Assembly (NCBI GenBank): GCA_963514005.1
Contig: OY740826.1
Span: forward strand, 2,666,001 to 2,730,000
From: Raja brachyura
Lineage: Eukaryota
Length of the DNA stretch: 64,000 nt
Direction of reading: 5' to 3'
Part shown: one piece after another, positions 40,929-53,300 of the stretch
Layout: the number at the start of each line of letters is the position of its first letter
Position numbering within the stretch: the first letter of the stretch is position 1
Program-made: the position numbers and the translations under genes
Notes under the pieces: generated by a model
What the model was told of the DNA's origin: nothing
Databases searched by the model: none
What the model saw: the letters and a program-made list of their open reading frames with translations, nothing else

Positions 40929-40995
40929 CTGATTGGGGGCAGAGTGTGGGCAGTAGATCACATTGGTGTCTTGGTTTCCTGAAGCATCTTCCCTC
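40929..40995 (-). CDS. Siglec-like receptor, short cytoplasmic exon
   Basis: 67 bp bounded by tgcAG| and CAG|GTAG; REDASGNQDTNVIYCPHSAPNQ; phases 2 and 0 match both neighbours. Confidence 0.75.
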
Positions 40996-42359
40996 CTGCA
41001 GCAACAGAAGATCACACCAAGTTTACAGCACATCTGCACAGCAGCAAAGTCCAAGTACAAAGTTGCAGTTGTATTAGACGTTTGTCATAAAGTCATGAGG
41101 TCATTAATGATAGGAGCAGAATTAAGTCATTCGGCCCATCAAGTCTACTCCGCCATTCAATCATGGCTGATCTAACTCTTCCTCCTAATCCCATTCTCCT
41201 GCCTGTTTCCCATAACCCCTGACACCGGTACTAATCAATAACCTATCCATCTCTGCCTTAAAAATATCCATTAACTTGGCCTCCACAGCCTTCTGCGGCA
41301 AAGAATTCCACAGATTCACCACCCTCTGACTATAGGAATTCCTCTCAGCTGCTTCCTAAAGGAACGTCCTATAATTCTGAGGCTACAACCTCTAGTCCTA
41401 GACTCTCCCACTAGTGGAAACATCCTCTCCACGTCCACTCAATCCAAGCCTTTCACTATTCAGTAGGTTTCAATGCATTTAGAGTATTTTGTTCAGTTCT
41501 GGGCACCATGTTGTCGGGGAGATGTTGTCAAGCTCGAAAGGGTGCAGAGAAGATTTACGTGGATGTTGCCAGGACTCGATGGCCTGAGCTACAGGGAGAG
41601 GATGAGCAAGCGGATTCTCTATTCCTTGGAGCACAGGAGGATGAGGGGTGATCTTATAGAGAGGTGTTTAAAATCATGAGAGGAATAGATGGGGTAGACG
41701 CACAGAACATCTTGCCCAGAGTGGGGAATCGTGGACCAGAGGACAGAGGTTTAAGGTGGGGGGGGGGGAAGGAAGAATCAATAGGAACCTGAGCGCTAAC
41801 ATTTCACACAAAGGGTAGTGGGTGTATGGAACGAGCTGCCGGAGGAAGTAGTTGAGCCATGGGAGTAATGTTTAAGAAACAATTAGGCAGGTACATGGAT
41901 AGGACAGGTTTAGAGGGACATGGACCAAATGCAGGCAGGTGGGACAAGTGTAGATGGGGCATGTTGGCCAATATGGGCAAGTTGGGCCGAAGGGCCCGTT
42001 TCCACACTGTGTGACAACTACAAACAGGGGCCATTGATTTTTCCAATTTCATGCAACTCCTGCATTCCTTTCCCCCCTCTCTCCACCCCCACCCCACCCC
42101 TACCCCTACCCTAGTCATCCTCCTAGTTGCACTGTTCGCATCCTTCTATCCCTGTCTTTGGCACTGCTTCCCAGGCCAACAATGGGCCATTGTGGGCTCC
42201 ACCCTTCATAAGTTCAAGGAACAGAATTAGGCCATTCGGCCCATCAAGTTTACTCCGCCATTCAATCATGGCTGATCTATCTCTCCCTCTCAACCCCATT
42301 CTTCTCACTTCTCCCCATAACCCTGACACCCGTACTGATCAAGAACCTATCTATCTCTG

Positions 42360-43225
42360 CGTTAGGCATTTACTATCTAAATGGTGTCAAGTTGAGAAAA
42401 GGGGAAGTACAACGGGATTTGGGGGTCCTTGTACATCAGTCTATGAAAGTAAGCAGGGGTTACACAAAAAGCTGGAGAAACTCAGCGGGTGCAGCAGCAT
42501 CTAAGGGGCGAAGGAGATAGGTGACATTTCGGGTCGAGACCCTTCTTCAGACTATGAAAGTAAGCATGCAGGTACAGCAGGCAGTGAAGAAAGCAAATGG
42601 CATGTTGGCCTTTATAACAAGAGGAATCAAAGAGGTCCTTCTGCAGTTGTACAGAGACCTAGTGAGACCACACCTCTGGAGTATTGTGTACAGTATTGGT
42701 CTGCTAATTTGAGGAAGGACATTCTTGCTATTGAGGGAGTGCAGCGGAGGTTTGCAAGGTTAATTCTCGCGATGGCGGGACTGTCATATGCTGAGGGAAT
42801 GGAGCAGATGGGCTTGTACACTCTGGAGTTTAGAAGGATGAGAGGGGATCTCATTGAAACATATAAGATTGTTAAGGGTTTGGACACGCTAGAGGCAGGA
42901 AACATGTTCCCGCTGTTGGGGGAGTCCAGAGCCAGGGGCCACAGTTTAAGAATAAGGAGAATAATTTAGAACGGATATGAGGAAACACTTTTTCTCACAG
43001 AGAGTGGTGAGTCTGTGGAATTCTCGGTCTCAGAGGGCGGTGGAGGCGGGTTCTCTGGATGCTTACGAGAGAGAGCTAGATAGGGCTCTTAAGTATAGCG
43101 GAGTTAGGGGATATGGGGAGAAGGCAGGAATGGGGTACTGATTGGGGATGATCAGCCATGATCACATTGAATGGCGGTGCTGGCTCGAAGGGCCGAATGG
43201 CCTACTCCTGCAACTATTGTCTAAA
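42360..43225 (+). mobile_element. CR1 3' fragment containing a 96-bp Penelope-derived insert
   Basis: MQVQQAVKKANGML..., GLYTLEFRRMRGDLIETYKI and a CR1 3' UTR. Confidence 0.88.
42456..42551 (-). mobile_element. 96-bp hammerhead-motif element with a 15-bp TSD
   Basis: TSD CTATGAAAGTAAGCA at 42441-42455 and 42552-42566. Minus strand begins TCTGAAGAAGGGTCTCGACCCGAAATGTC. Confidence 0.8.
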
Positions 43226-43878
43226 CATTTTGATTGACTTGGCCTCCACAGCCTTCTGTGGCAAAGAATTCCACAGATTCACCACCCTATGACTGAAGAC
43301 ATTTCTCCTCCTCTTCTTCCTAAAGGTAGTCCTTTAATTCTAAGGCTGTGGCCTCCGGTCCTAGACTCACTCTCCCATTAGTAGAAACATCCTCTCCACA
43401 TCCATTCTATCCAGACCATTCACAATTCATTAAATTTCAATGAGGTCCCCCCCTCATCCTTCTAAACTCCAGCTAGTACAGGCCCAGTAAGTGTCAAACG
43501 CTCATCATATGTTAATCATTCTCATAAACCTCCTTTGGACCCTCTCCAGAGCCAGCACATCCTCCCTCAGATATGGGGCCCAAAACGGCTCATAACAGTC
43601 CAAAGGTCATCTGTTGCTGGCTCTGTTTTGTTCTGACTTTCTCAACCTTTCCGTCTGATGAAGGTCCCGACCCGAAATGTCACCTATTCCTTAATCCCCA
43701 GCAGAGTTACTCCAGCACTTTGTACCTATCCATGTTCTCCAGAGATGCTGCCTGACTTGCCGAGTTACTCCAGCATTTTGTGTCTGTGAACAGGAGTTAG
43801 CCTGGCAGAAGCAGTGATAAGAAGCAGATGACAAAGAGATGGATTTGGAAGTGAAAATGTGGATTTATTTAAACTTAC

Positions 43879-43975
43879 CGCTGTATATACTTGTAGATGA
43901 AGAATCCAGCTAGCACAGTGATCAGTATTATTCCTGCTGTAAGCAAAACTGCCATCCAAATACTGAAGCTTTTAG
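43879..43975 (-). CDS. Siglec-like receptor, transmembrane exon
   Basis: cttacAG| and |GTAAGT; AKSFSIWMAVLLTAGIILITVLAGFFIYKYIQR; phases 1 and 2. Confidence 0.88.
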
Positions 43976-44249
43976 CTGTAAGAACAACCAGAGGTGTGTT
44001 TTCAGATTTTACAGTTTAATTTATTGTCACGTGTAACGAGGTACAGTGAAAAGGTTTTGTGGCGTGCTATCCAGTCAGCGGAAAGGCATCACATGATTCC
44101 AATCGAGCAGTCTACAGTGGACAGCCACAGAATAAAGGGATTAACGTTCAGTGCAAGGTAAAGCCAGCAAAGTCCGATCAAAGATTGTCCGAGGGTCACC
44201 AATGAGGTAGATGGTAGCTCAGGCCTGTTCCCCAGTTGTAGGATTATAA

Positions 44250-47200
44250 CAGTCCCGCCATCCCGGGAATTAACGTTGTGAACCTACGCTGCACTGCCTC
44301 AATAGCAAAAAAGTCCTTCCTCAAATTTGGAGATCAAAACTGCACACAATACTCCAGGTGTGGTCTCACAAGGGCCCTGTACATCTGCAGAAGGGCCTCT
44401 TTGTCCTATACTCAACTCCTCTTGTTATGAAGGCCAACATGCAATTGGCTTTATTCGCTGCTTGCTGTACCTGCATGCTTACTTTCAGTTTTCTGATGAA
44501 CAAGAGCCCCCAGATCTCTTTGTACTACCCCTTTTCCCAACTTGACATCCTGCAGGTAATAATCTGCCTTCCTGTTTTTGCCACCAAAGGGGATAACCTT
44601 ACATTTATCCACATTAAACTGCAGCTGCCATGCATCCTCCCACACACCCAACCTGTCGAAGTCACTCTGCATCCCCATAGCATCCTCCTCACAGTTCACA
44701 CTGCCACCCAGCTTTGTGTCTTCTGCAAATTTGCTGATGTTGCTTTGAATCCCTTCATCTAAATCATTGACATATATTGTAAATAGCTGCGGTCCCAGCA
44801 CCGACCCTTGCGGTCCCCCACTAGTCACTGTTTGCCATTTTGAAATGGTCCCCTTAATCCCTACTCTGCCAAATAATTCTCTATCCATATCAGTGCCCTA
44901 TCCCCAATACCATGTGCTCTAATTTTGCCTATTAATCTCCCATATGGGAGATTAGTAGGCAAATCAAATCTATCTATACTATTACTGCTGTCAGAGGTTC
45001 TGGGGAGAAGACAGGACAATGGGGTTAGGAGAGATAGATCGGCCATGATTGAATGGCAGAGCAGACTTGATGGGCCGAGTGGCTTAATTCTGCTCCTATC
45101 ACTTATGACCTTATACAGTACGACTTGCCTGGGTTGCGTGCAAACACTGAATTCTGGTACACATGGCAATTATACAACCACACCAATAGATGGGCCGAAA
45201 AAAGGGCTGGCATGGACATGGTGGGCCAATGAACCCGTTGCGGTCTTGGATGGAGCTGTTCCCATAGCAAGCTGCGATGCATCATAATAAAATCTATCTT
45301 CTATCTATCTACACTATCAGTAAAAGTCTCATCTTGACTACTTCCGGTCTGTGTTTTCTTTTAAATCTGCGCAAAAACGGTACCCTATATCACTAGGATG
45401 TTTTTGCCACCTTACTCACCGTTCTCCTCTGCTCCAAGCGCACCAAGTTTTGTTCCGATCGATGGTAGATTACAAAAGTTATTAAGGTTTAAAAAATTGT
45501 GAGATCAGCAGGGTTCTTCGTGCCTGTCAGTCACCATGAAGGTAACGCCCCTTCTGGCACCCGCTGTTAATCACCGGGCGGGGCGAGGAGAATAAAACCC
45601 TGGAGGCGGGGCTGAGTCCACAAGCCTTGCTGATTGAGTCCGCGAGCTGTCCGGAGGAGAACTACCAGCGAAGCGGCCAGCGCCCACTGTGAGTCCCCAT
45701 CGCACCCAAAACCCCTTCCCCTCTGGCCCCCCACACCCGTAATACCGCACGCTCCACCATTGCTCTTCCACATCTTTTTTCCGAGCTCTCTCCACTCCCT
45801 GCCCACACACCCCTCCCCTTCACACCCCACCGGCTCCCCACCCACAAACACACCCCTCCCTGCCACCAACCCCTCCCTTCCACACACCTCTCACAATCCT
45901 CGCCCTGCCCACGCACCCCGAGCTCTCTCCCCCCCTCCCCTGCGTTTTTACTACAGCTGCGGGAGGCTCTGGATGGCCTGACCCGGCCAAGTCCGACCCA
46001 GCCCAGCCAAGCCAGTGCGGAGTTGGAGATGGCGCCGATGTCGCCAAATGGAAAGCGGAGACTCCCGGTGGAGGAGAACAACCAGGGAAGCGATCAGCGA
46101 AGCGATCAGCGAAGCGGCCAACGCCCGCTGTGAGTCCCCATCACATTTCCATCCCCTTCCCCTCTGGTCCCCATCGATGGCTCCAGCCCCCCTCCCCCGT
46201 AATACCGCACTCCCCCCATGGCACTTCCCCTGTCTTTTCTCCGAGCTCTCTCCCACCCTGCCCCCACACCCCGCCCACACCAAACCCCCCTCAACACACA
46301 CATCCCTCCTCCCCCCCTCACAAACACCTCCAGCCCACATGCACACTTCCTCTACCACCCCATACCCCCGCCCCCAAACTACAGACTGATTGACTGAGAC
46401 CCAATGAGTCTCACTTAGTCTAGTACTTTCTGAAAGTCCAGGTACACTACATCCACTGGCTCTCCCTTGTCCCTTTTCCCAGTTACAGCCTCAGAAAATT
46501 CCAGAAGATTAGTCAAACATGATTTCCCCTTCACAAATCAATGTGACTCGCACTGACCCTGTTACTGCTTTCCATAAATGCCACTATTTCATCTTTTAGA
46601 ATTGACTCCAGTACCTTCCCCACCACCGATGTCAGGCTAACTGGTCTATAATTCCCTGTTTTCTCTCTCGCCTTTCTTAAAAAGTGGGAGAACATTAGCT
46701 ACCCTCCAATCTACAGGAACTGATCCTGAATCAATAGAACATTGGAAGATGATCACTAATGCACCCACGATTTCTAGAGCCACTTCCTTAAGTACCCTGG
46801 GATGCAGGTCATCAGGCCCCGGGGATTTATCAGCCTTCAGTCCCATCAGTCTACCCAACACCATTTCCTGCCTAATGTGAATTTCCTTCAGTTCCTCCAT
46901 CACCCTAGATCCTCTGGCCCCTAGTACATCAGGGAAATTGTTTGTGACTTCCTTAGTGAAGACGGATCGGATGCTTTCAAGAAAGAGTTATATAGAGCTC
47001 TTAAGATAGTGGAGACTAGGGATATGGTGAGAAGGCAGGAATGGGGTACTGAATGTGGATGATCAGCCATGATCAAATTGAATGGTGGTGCTGGCTCGAA
47101 GGGCCAAATTGTCTACTCTGCTCCTATTGTCTATTGTTTATTTTCAAAGTACCTGTTTAACTCGTCTGCCATTTCCTTCTTCCCCATAATAAATTCACCT

Positions 47201-47750
47201 GTTGTAGTCTTCAAGATTCCAACTTTGGTCTTAACTAATTTATTCCTCTTCACATACCTAAAGAAGCTTTTACTATCCTCCTTTATATTCTTGGCTAGCT
47301 TACCTTCGTACCTCATCTTTTCTGCACGCATTACCTTTTTAGTTATCTTCCGTTGCTCTTTAAAAGTTACCCAATCCTCTGGCTTCTCGCTCATCTTTAC
47401 TGCGTTATACTTCTCTTTTATTTTTATGCTCCCCCTGACTTCCCTTGTCAGCCATGGTCGCCCTTTACTCCCTTTGGAATCTTTCTTTCTCTTTGGAATG
47501 AACCTTCTGTATTATTCCCAAAATACCTGACATTGTTGTTCCAGTCAACCCTGCCAGTGTATCTTTCCAGTCAACTTTGCCCAGCTCCTCCCTCATGGCT
47601 CCATAGTCCCCTTTGTTCAACTGTAATACTGACATTTCTGATTTTCCCTTCTCCGCCTCAAATTGTAGATTAAAACTTATTATGGTCCCTACCTCCTAAT
47701 GGCTTCTTTACCTCGTGTTCCCTTATGAAATCCGGTTCATTACACAACAC
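44250..47750 (-). mobile_element. Fragmented CR1 ORF2, interrupted by a Helitron and short repeats
   Basis: SGGPQGSVLGP...KFAEDTKL (44451-44888), KSPGPDDLHPRVLKE (46646-46903), KEDSKSFFRYVK (47131-47394). Confidence 0.8.
45293..46423 (+). mobile_element. Non-autonomous Helitron
   Basis: A|TCTATC.. 5' end, subterminal hairpin GAGACCCAATGAGTCTC, CTAG|T 3' end, no TSD; internal imperfect duplication. Confidence 0.75.
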
Positions 47751-48336
47751 TAAGGGTGTTGTGTAATGTGAATGTTGCCAGCACTCGAGAATTAGACAGG
47801 TACACGATGAGGTCAGGTATGCAAGGGTATGGGCCAAATGCAGGCAGGTAGGACTGGGGTAGGTGCGACATGTTGGTTGGTGTGGGCAAGAAGAGCCTGT
47901 TTCCACATGGTATGTGTAGGAGCCATTCATGTTTAGGCCAGCTACTGCTGGCATATTATATTAGTTTGTCTAGATATTTCTAGCGGTATTATTTTGGACA
48001 CTTGGTGGCGGTCATTTGATGAATGCAGGGGTGTAACACATGGGCTTCGTGGACAGGGAGTGATTCAGACCTGCTTCAGGAGGTGGAGGGTACACAGTTC
48101 ACACAGATCAGGAGAACAGGGAGATACAACTTGTATGAGCATAAAGGGAACCTGGTACGTTCATCTCTTTGTTTGTACAACTACATCAATAAAGAATGAC
48201 TGGAAGATCTGTTCTTTTTTGGTCTGTGTAAAATCACTCCTCCTTACATGTGTAGTAATGGCAATGGAAAGTTGGCCATTGTAAAAGTTAGAAATGGCCA
48301 TTACAGTTTGACTCTCTGGCTCTCTGACTTCCCTCG
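46967..48336 (+). repeat. 1370-bp direct duplication, copy 1
   Basis: Apparently identical to 56505-57874 (offset 9538); the ORF track is identical in both copies. Confidence 0.95.
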
Positions 48337-48532
48337 ACTTCCGGTGGCGCCATGTTCTAGGAGAGAACAGTGCCAGACCAGCTCTTAAAAAATCTGGAAA
48401 AAAAACGGGGTTAGAGGAGGCTGCTAACACTACTTACCGTAGGAGATCGATTTTAAACGGCTCCGGGTGCGATTGTAAGCTGCGTGACGTCATCAGGCGC
48501 GCGACTTTAGCGACTCCGGTAAGAAATTTAAA

Positions 48533-49669
48533 ATGAATCCCTCCTCCCCCACACAGCCGAAGAAAAGTTCCAGAAGGGAGGCAGGCCCTACCAAAGCTTC
48601 AGGCTCGGGACAGGCTGCCTCCCAAGAAGAGATTTCACAAAGAAAAGCTGAAATGGAAGATTTTAAAAAGTCTTTACTGGCAGATATGAAGAAAATGCTG
48701 AAGGAAACACAAACAGAAATGAAGAAAGATTATAAAGAAACTAAGGATGAAATGAAGGCCTTAAAAATGGATATTCGAAATATCAAAGATGAATTAACAA
48801 GAGAAGTTAAAGAAATGGTAAAAACCATGATGTCGGATTGGAAAACAGAAATTGAGGAGGACATACACAATCAACTGATCGAGGCAACTGATAAGATTGC
48901 TGGGATGGAGCGATTGATGGAAGAGATGATGGATGCGAAAATAGAGGCGAGGTTAAGCCCTATGTCAACTGTACTGGATCAACAAAATGATACGATTAAA
49001 GAATTAACTGATGCTGCTCTAACAACTGCGAGAGAGAATGAGAAGATAAACGAAGAGAACAAACGCCTCTCTGAATTATTACGTAAAATTAATGAGAAAT
49101 GTATTGATTTGGAGGGGCGCCAAAGACGTAAGAATTTGCGCATAGTAGGTCTGTCTGAGGGACGCGAAGGAAACTATGACCCACGTAAATTCTTTGCAAA
49201 ACTCCTAAAGGACATTTTGGATTTGGATGAAGAACCCCTGTTGGGCCGTGCCCACAGGGCTTTAAGACCGGTCCCTAGGAGGGGTGCGCCACCAAGACAA
49301 GTAATTGTAAAGGTGGTTTATGACAGTGTCTTTGAGGATATGATGAAGATAATCATAAGAAAAAGAAATCTGAAATACGAAGGAGATAACATCAGTATCT
49401 TCAGAGACTACCCGGCCGAAGTGGCTAAAAGAAGAGCTCTATTTACAGAAACAAGACGCATCTTGAGAGACATAAAAGGAATAAAGGAGATCAGATATGG
49501 TTTGGTGTACCCGGCAATACTTAGAGTTACCTACGAGAATAAGGATCTTCGTTTCACCAAACATACAGCGGCACTGGAATTTGCTCGGAAAATACTGAAG
49601 GAGGCAGAAGAAAGAGAAGAAGGAGAAGAAGGAGACGCTGTGGAAGAAGGAGTAGACCCAACTGGGTAG
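48533..49669 (+). CDS. L1 ORF1p, 378 aa (coiled coil, RRM, CTD)
   Basis: LEGRQRRKNLRIVGLSEG, RAHR, IFRDYP and YPAILRV motifs. Confidence 0.95.
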   Translation: MNPSSPTQPKKSSRREAGPTKASGSGQAASQEEISQRKAEMEDFKKSLLADMKKMLKETQTEMKKDYKETKDEMKALKMDIRNIKDELTREVKEMVKTMMSDWKTEIEEDIHNQLIEATDKIAGMERLMEEMMDAKIEARLSPMSTVLDQQNDTIKELTDAALTTARENEKINEENKRLSELLRKINEKCIDLEGRQRRKNLRIVGLSEGREGNYDPRKFFAKLLKDILDLDEEPLLGRAHRALRPVPRRGAPPRQVIVKVVYDSVFEDMMKIIIRKRNLKYEGDNISIFRDYPAEVAKRRALFTETRRILRDIKGIKEIRYGLVYPAILRVTYENKDLRFTKHTAALEFARKILKEAEEREEGEEGDAVEEGVDPTG

Positions 49670-50349
49670 TGGATGAATGAACTTTATGGACCTGTGGCTG
49701 TGAATCATTTACTGAGAAAAAGGCGGAATAATGGACATCGATTTGTAGTTTTATAATGTTTACTAATTAATTAATAAATACTAATTTGTAATTTTTAATT
49801 ATTAATTATTAATTACTAATTGGTTTGATTTCCCTTACTCCCCTTATATAGTATTACTAATTATGATAATAATTATAGCTGAGATTAACAACTAAAAATT
49901 AGTAATATGAATAATAGAAAAATTTATTAAGAAAATAAAGTTAGCACCCCCACCCCAATATACACAGTATTTCAAATAAGAGCTGGAATATTTAACATCT
50001 TTTTTTTTTAATACGGAAGTCGTTAGATTAGTAGCCATGTTAGTGTGGCTTTCACCTGCACTCACTACACATTATATAAGTGTAGTTTCTTTTTTTTCTG
50101 ATCACCTTTTTTTCACCCTTTACTTTTTTTATATTCACATTTGTTATTATTTTTGTTATTTTTTGCATAACACATACTTGATATTATATTATATATTATA
50201 TAATCATGACTTTTATCTATTTTATATAATCAGATTAAATGAATATGGTTTAACGGAATTGGAAATTCGCATCGGATTGAAGTTGGGGTGTAGTGTCGGG
50301 CTGGAGGAGCCAAGAAGGCTACTCCAAAAAAAGCCACCCTAACAATAAA

Positions 50350-53300
50350 ATGCAGGATATGAATGTAAGGAATGGAGATGATGGAATCACCTTCTGTAGC
50401 TGGAATGTTAAAGGAATCAATGAACCAATTAAAAGGGGAAAGGTACTAGCTCAGTTGAATAGATTGAAATCTGGAGTTATGTTTCTTCAAGAGACACATC
50501 TTAAAAAAGATGCTCAATATAGATTAACCGCGAAATGGATTTCAAAAGTATATCACTCTTCGTTTATACACAAATCTAGAGGAGTTGCAATAATTATTCG
50601 TAAAGGTATACCTTTTAAACTTAATTCATTAATAGAGGATAAGGAGGGTAGATATTTAATAATTACAGGGGAACTACATTCAAAAAAAGTAATTCTTATG
50701 AATATATATGCACCTAATTTTGATAATCCACTATTTTTTAAGAAAATATTTAATAGTATTCCTATATCTACCCAATATAATTTAATAATTGGAGGTGATT
50801 TTAATTGTACTTTAGATAATTATCTGGATAGATCTTCTACAAAAATTAAGGCTCTCTCTAAATCAAGCAAGCTTATAAACTCCTTTAGTAAGACATTGAA
50901 TGTTAAAGATATTTGGAGATTGGATAATCCTACCGGACGGGAATATTCATTTTTCTCGCCGGTATTTGGAACATATTCGAGGATTGATTATTTCTTAGTA
51001 GACTCAAAACTACTCCCCTTTACATATGATGCAAAGTATCATAATATTATTATCTCAGATCATGCCCCTTTAACATTTAAGATAAAATTAAAAGATATGG
51101 TTAATAAAACTAATATTTGGAGATTCAATACACAGATATTAAAGGATAAAGACTGCTGTAACTATGTGGAGAAACAGATTAAATTATTTTTTGAAACTAA
51201 CGATAAACCTGAGACTTCCTCATTACTATTATGGGACACATTTAAAGCATTTATGCGTGGTGCAATAATATCAGCACAAGCTCATTTTAATAAAGAAAAT
51301 CGAAAGATGGAGCAAAAGTTAGAAAAAGAGATAAACCAATTAGATAGTGAAAATATAATACACCCTTCAAAAGAGTTGAGTAATAAAATTGCAATATTAA
51401 AATATAGATTAAATAAAATTTATGCGGACCAAGTGATAAAATTATACCAACAAACTAAACAAGTTCATTTTGAATTCGGTGATAAACCTCAAAAATTATT
51501 AGCACGACAACTCAGAAGATTAGACGATGAAAAAACTATACATAGTATTAGATCGGCGCAGGGAAATACGTTGACTATACCAAAAGACATTAATGATACA
51601 TTTTTACAATATTATCAAAATCTTTATTCATCTAAATTAACAGGGCAAACAGATGAAATGGAAACATTTCTAGAAAAATGTCATTTTAATAAGTTAAATT
51701 TTGAGAGTAGGCAATTATTAAATGCTGAAATATCTGTAATAGATATCGAAGAATCAATTGGATCGTTAAAAAATGGTAAAACAGCGGGCCCCGATGGCCT
51801 GAGTGCAGAATTTTATAAAAAATTTCACGATCTACTTTCACCTAGATTACAAACAGTGTACAGACACACCTATGAATTAGGAAAATTACCAGACTCTTTA
51901 AATGAATCTACAATTACATTAATTCCTAAATTAGATAAGGACCTGGAAGACCCTGGATCATACCGAGCGATTGCCCTTTTAAATACTGATCAAAAAATAC
52001 TAACTAAAGTACTCTCTCGGAGGCTAAGTTTAGTGATTTCCAAAATAATACATTATGATCAAACAGGTTTTATTCCAAAACGTTACTCATCACATAATCT
52101 TAGACGCTTGTTTAATATTATTTACTCGAGAAGAAGGAGAGATATAGAATTAGCAGTTATATCGTTGGATGCTGAAAAAGCATTCGACCAGGTGGAATGG
52201 TCATATTTATTTAATATAATGGAAAAATATCAACTGGGGGATGGATTTTGTAAATGGGTAAGAATATTATATTCTAACCCTACTGCAAGAATTTTAACCA
52301 ATCAAATATTATCACCTAAATTTAATCTCTTTAGGGGATGCAGACAGGGATGTCCGTTATCCCCTTTATTATTTGCCTTGGTGATAGAACCTCTGGCTGA
52401 AAGAATCAGATCAGAACCGGAAATATATGGGTACAACACTGACATAACAAATAATAAGATATCTTTATATGCAGATGATATTCTGATTTATATTACTAAG
52501 CCGGAACGTAGTATTCCAAAGCTATTCAATGTTATAAATGAATTTAGTGTATTTTCAGGATATAGGATTAATTGGAGTAAAAGTGACATAATGCCTATAA
52601 CTGGTATAAATGTAAATATATTACAAAAATACCCATTAAAAATAGTTACAGATAAATTTAAATATTTAGGAATTAATGTGTCTAAATCCTATAAATTATT
52701 AATTAAAGCTAATTATTATCAATTATTAGAGAAACTTAAAAAAAACATTTTATATTGGAAAACACTTCCTATATCTATGATCGGTAGAATTAATGCTATA
52801 AAGATGATTTTTTTACCACAATTGTTATATTTATTTCAGGCAATTCCTTTTTTTCTTCCAAAAAGTTTTCTAAAAAAAATTGATACCATAGTTAATAATT
52901 TTGTCTGGGATTACAAAAACCATAGAATAGGTAAAAAACACTTATGTAAGTCGAAGATAAATGGAGGGCTGGCACTTCCAAATTTTTTATATTACTATTG
53001 GGCAGTCCAGATTAAGAATATGAATTTTTGGTGGGTAAATATGGATGTTGAACCAATGTGGCTAAAAATGGAAAAGGAAGACTGTTTACCCTTCACTATA
53101 GAGTCGATTATTTTCGCACCAAAGGAAGTACAAAAAAAGACTTATAGGGACAACATTATCATTCATAATATTAGGCGTATTTGGAAACAGATAGTTAAGA
53201 CCTTACATCTGGATAATCTTTCTTTTAGGTTATCAATTAGGAATAATCCACTGTTTAAACCCTCAATCTTAGATGCGGGTTTTAGACTGTGGGAGGATTT

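Noticed and set aside
47069-47673. Hydrophobic plus-strand ORFs, duplicated at 56607-57211
   Set aside because: Antisense shadows of CR1 ORF2.
50293-50349. N-terminal extension of L1 ORF2 shown in the ORF track
   Set aside because: It starts at GTG. The ATG at 50350 aligns with the other L1's MQD start at 28754.
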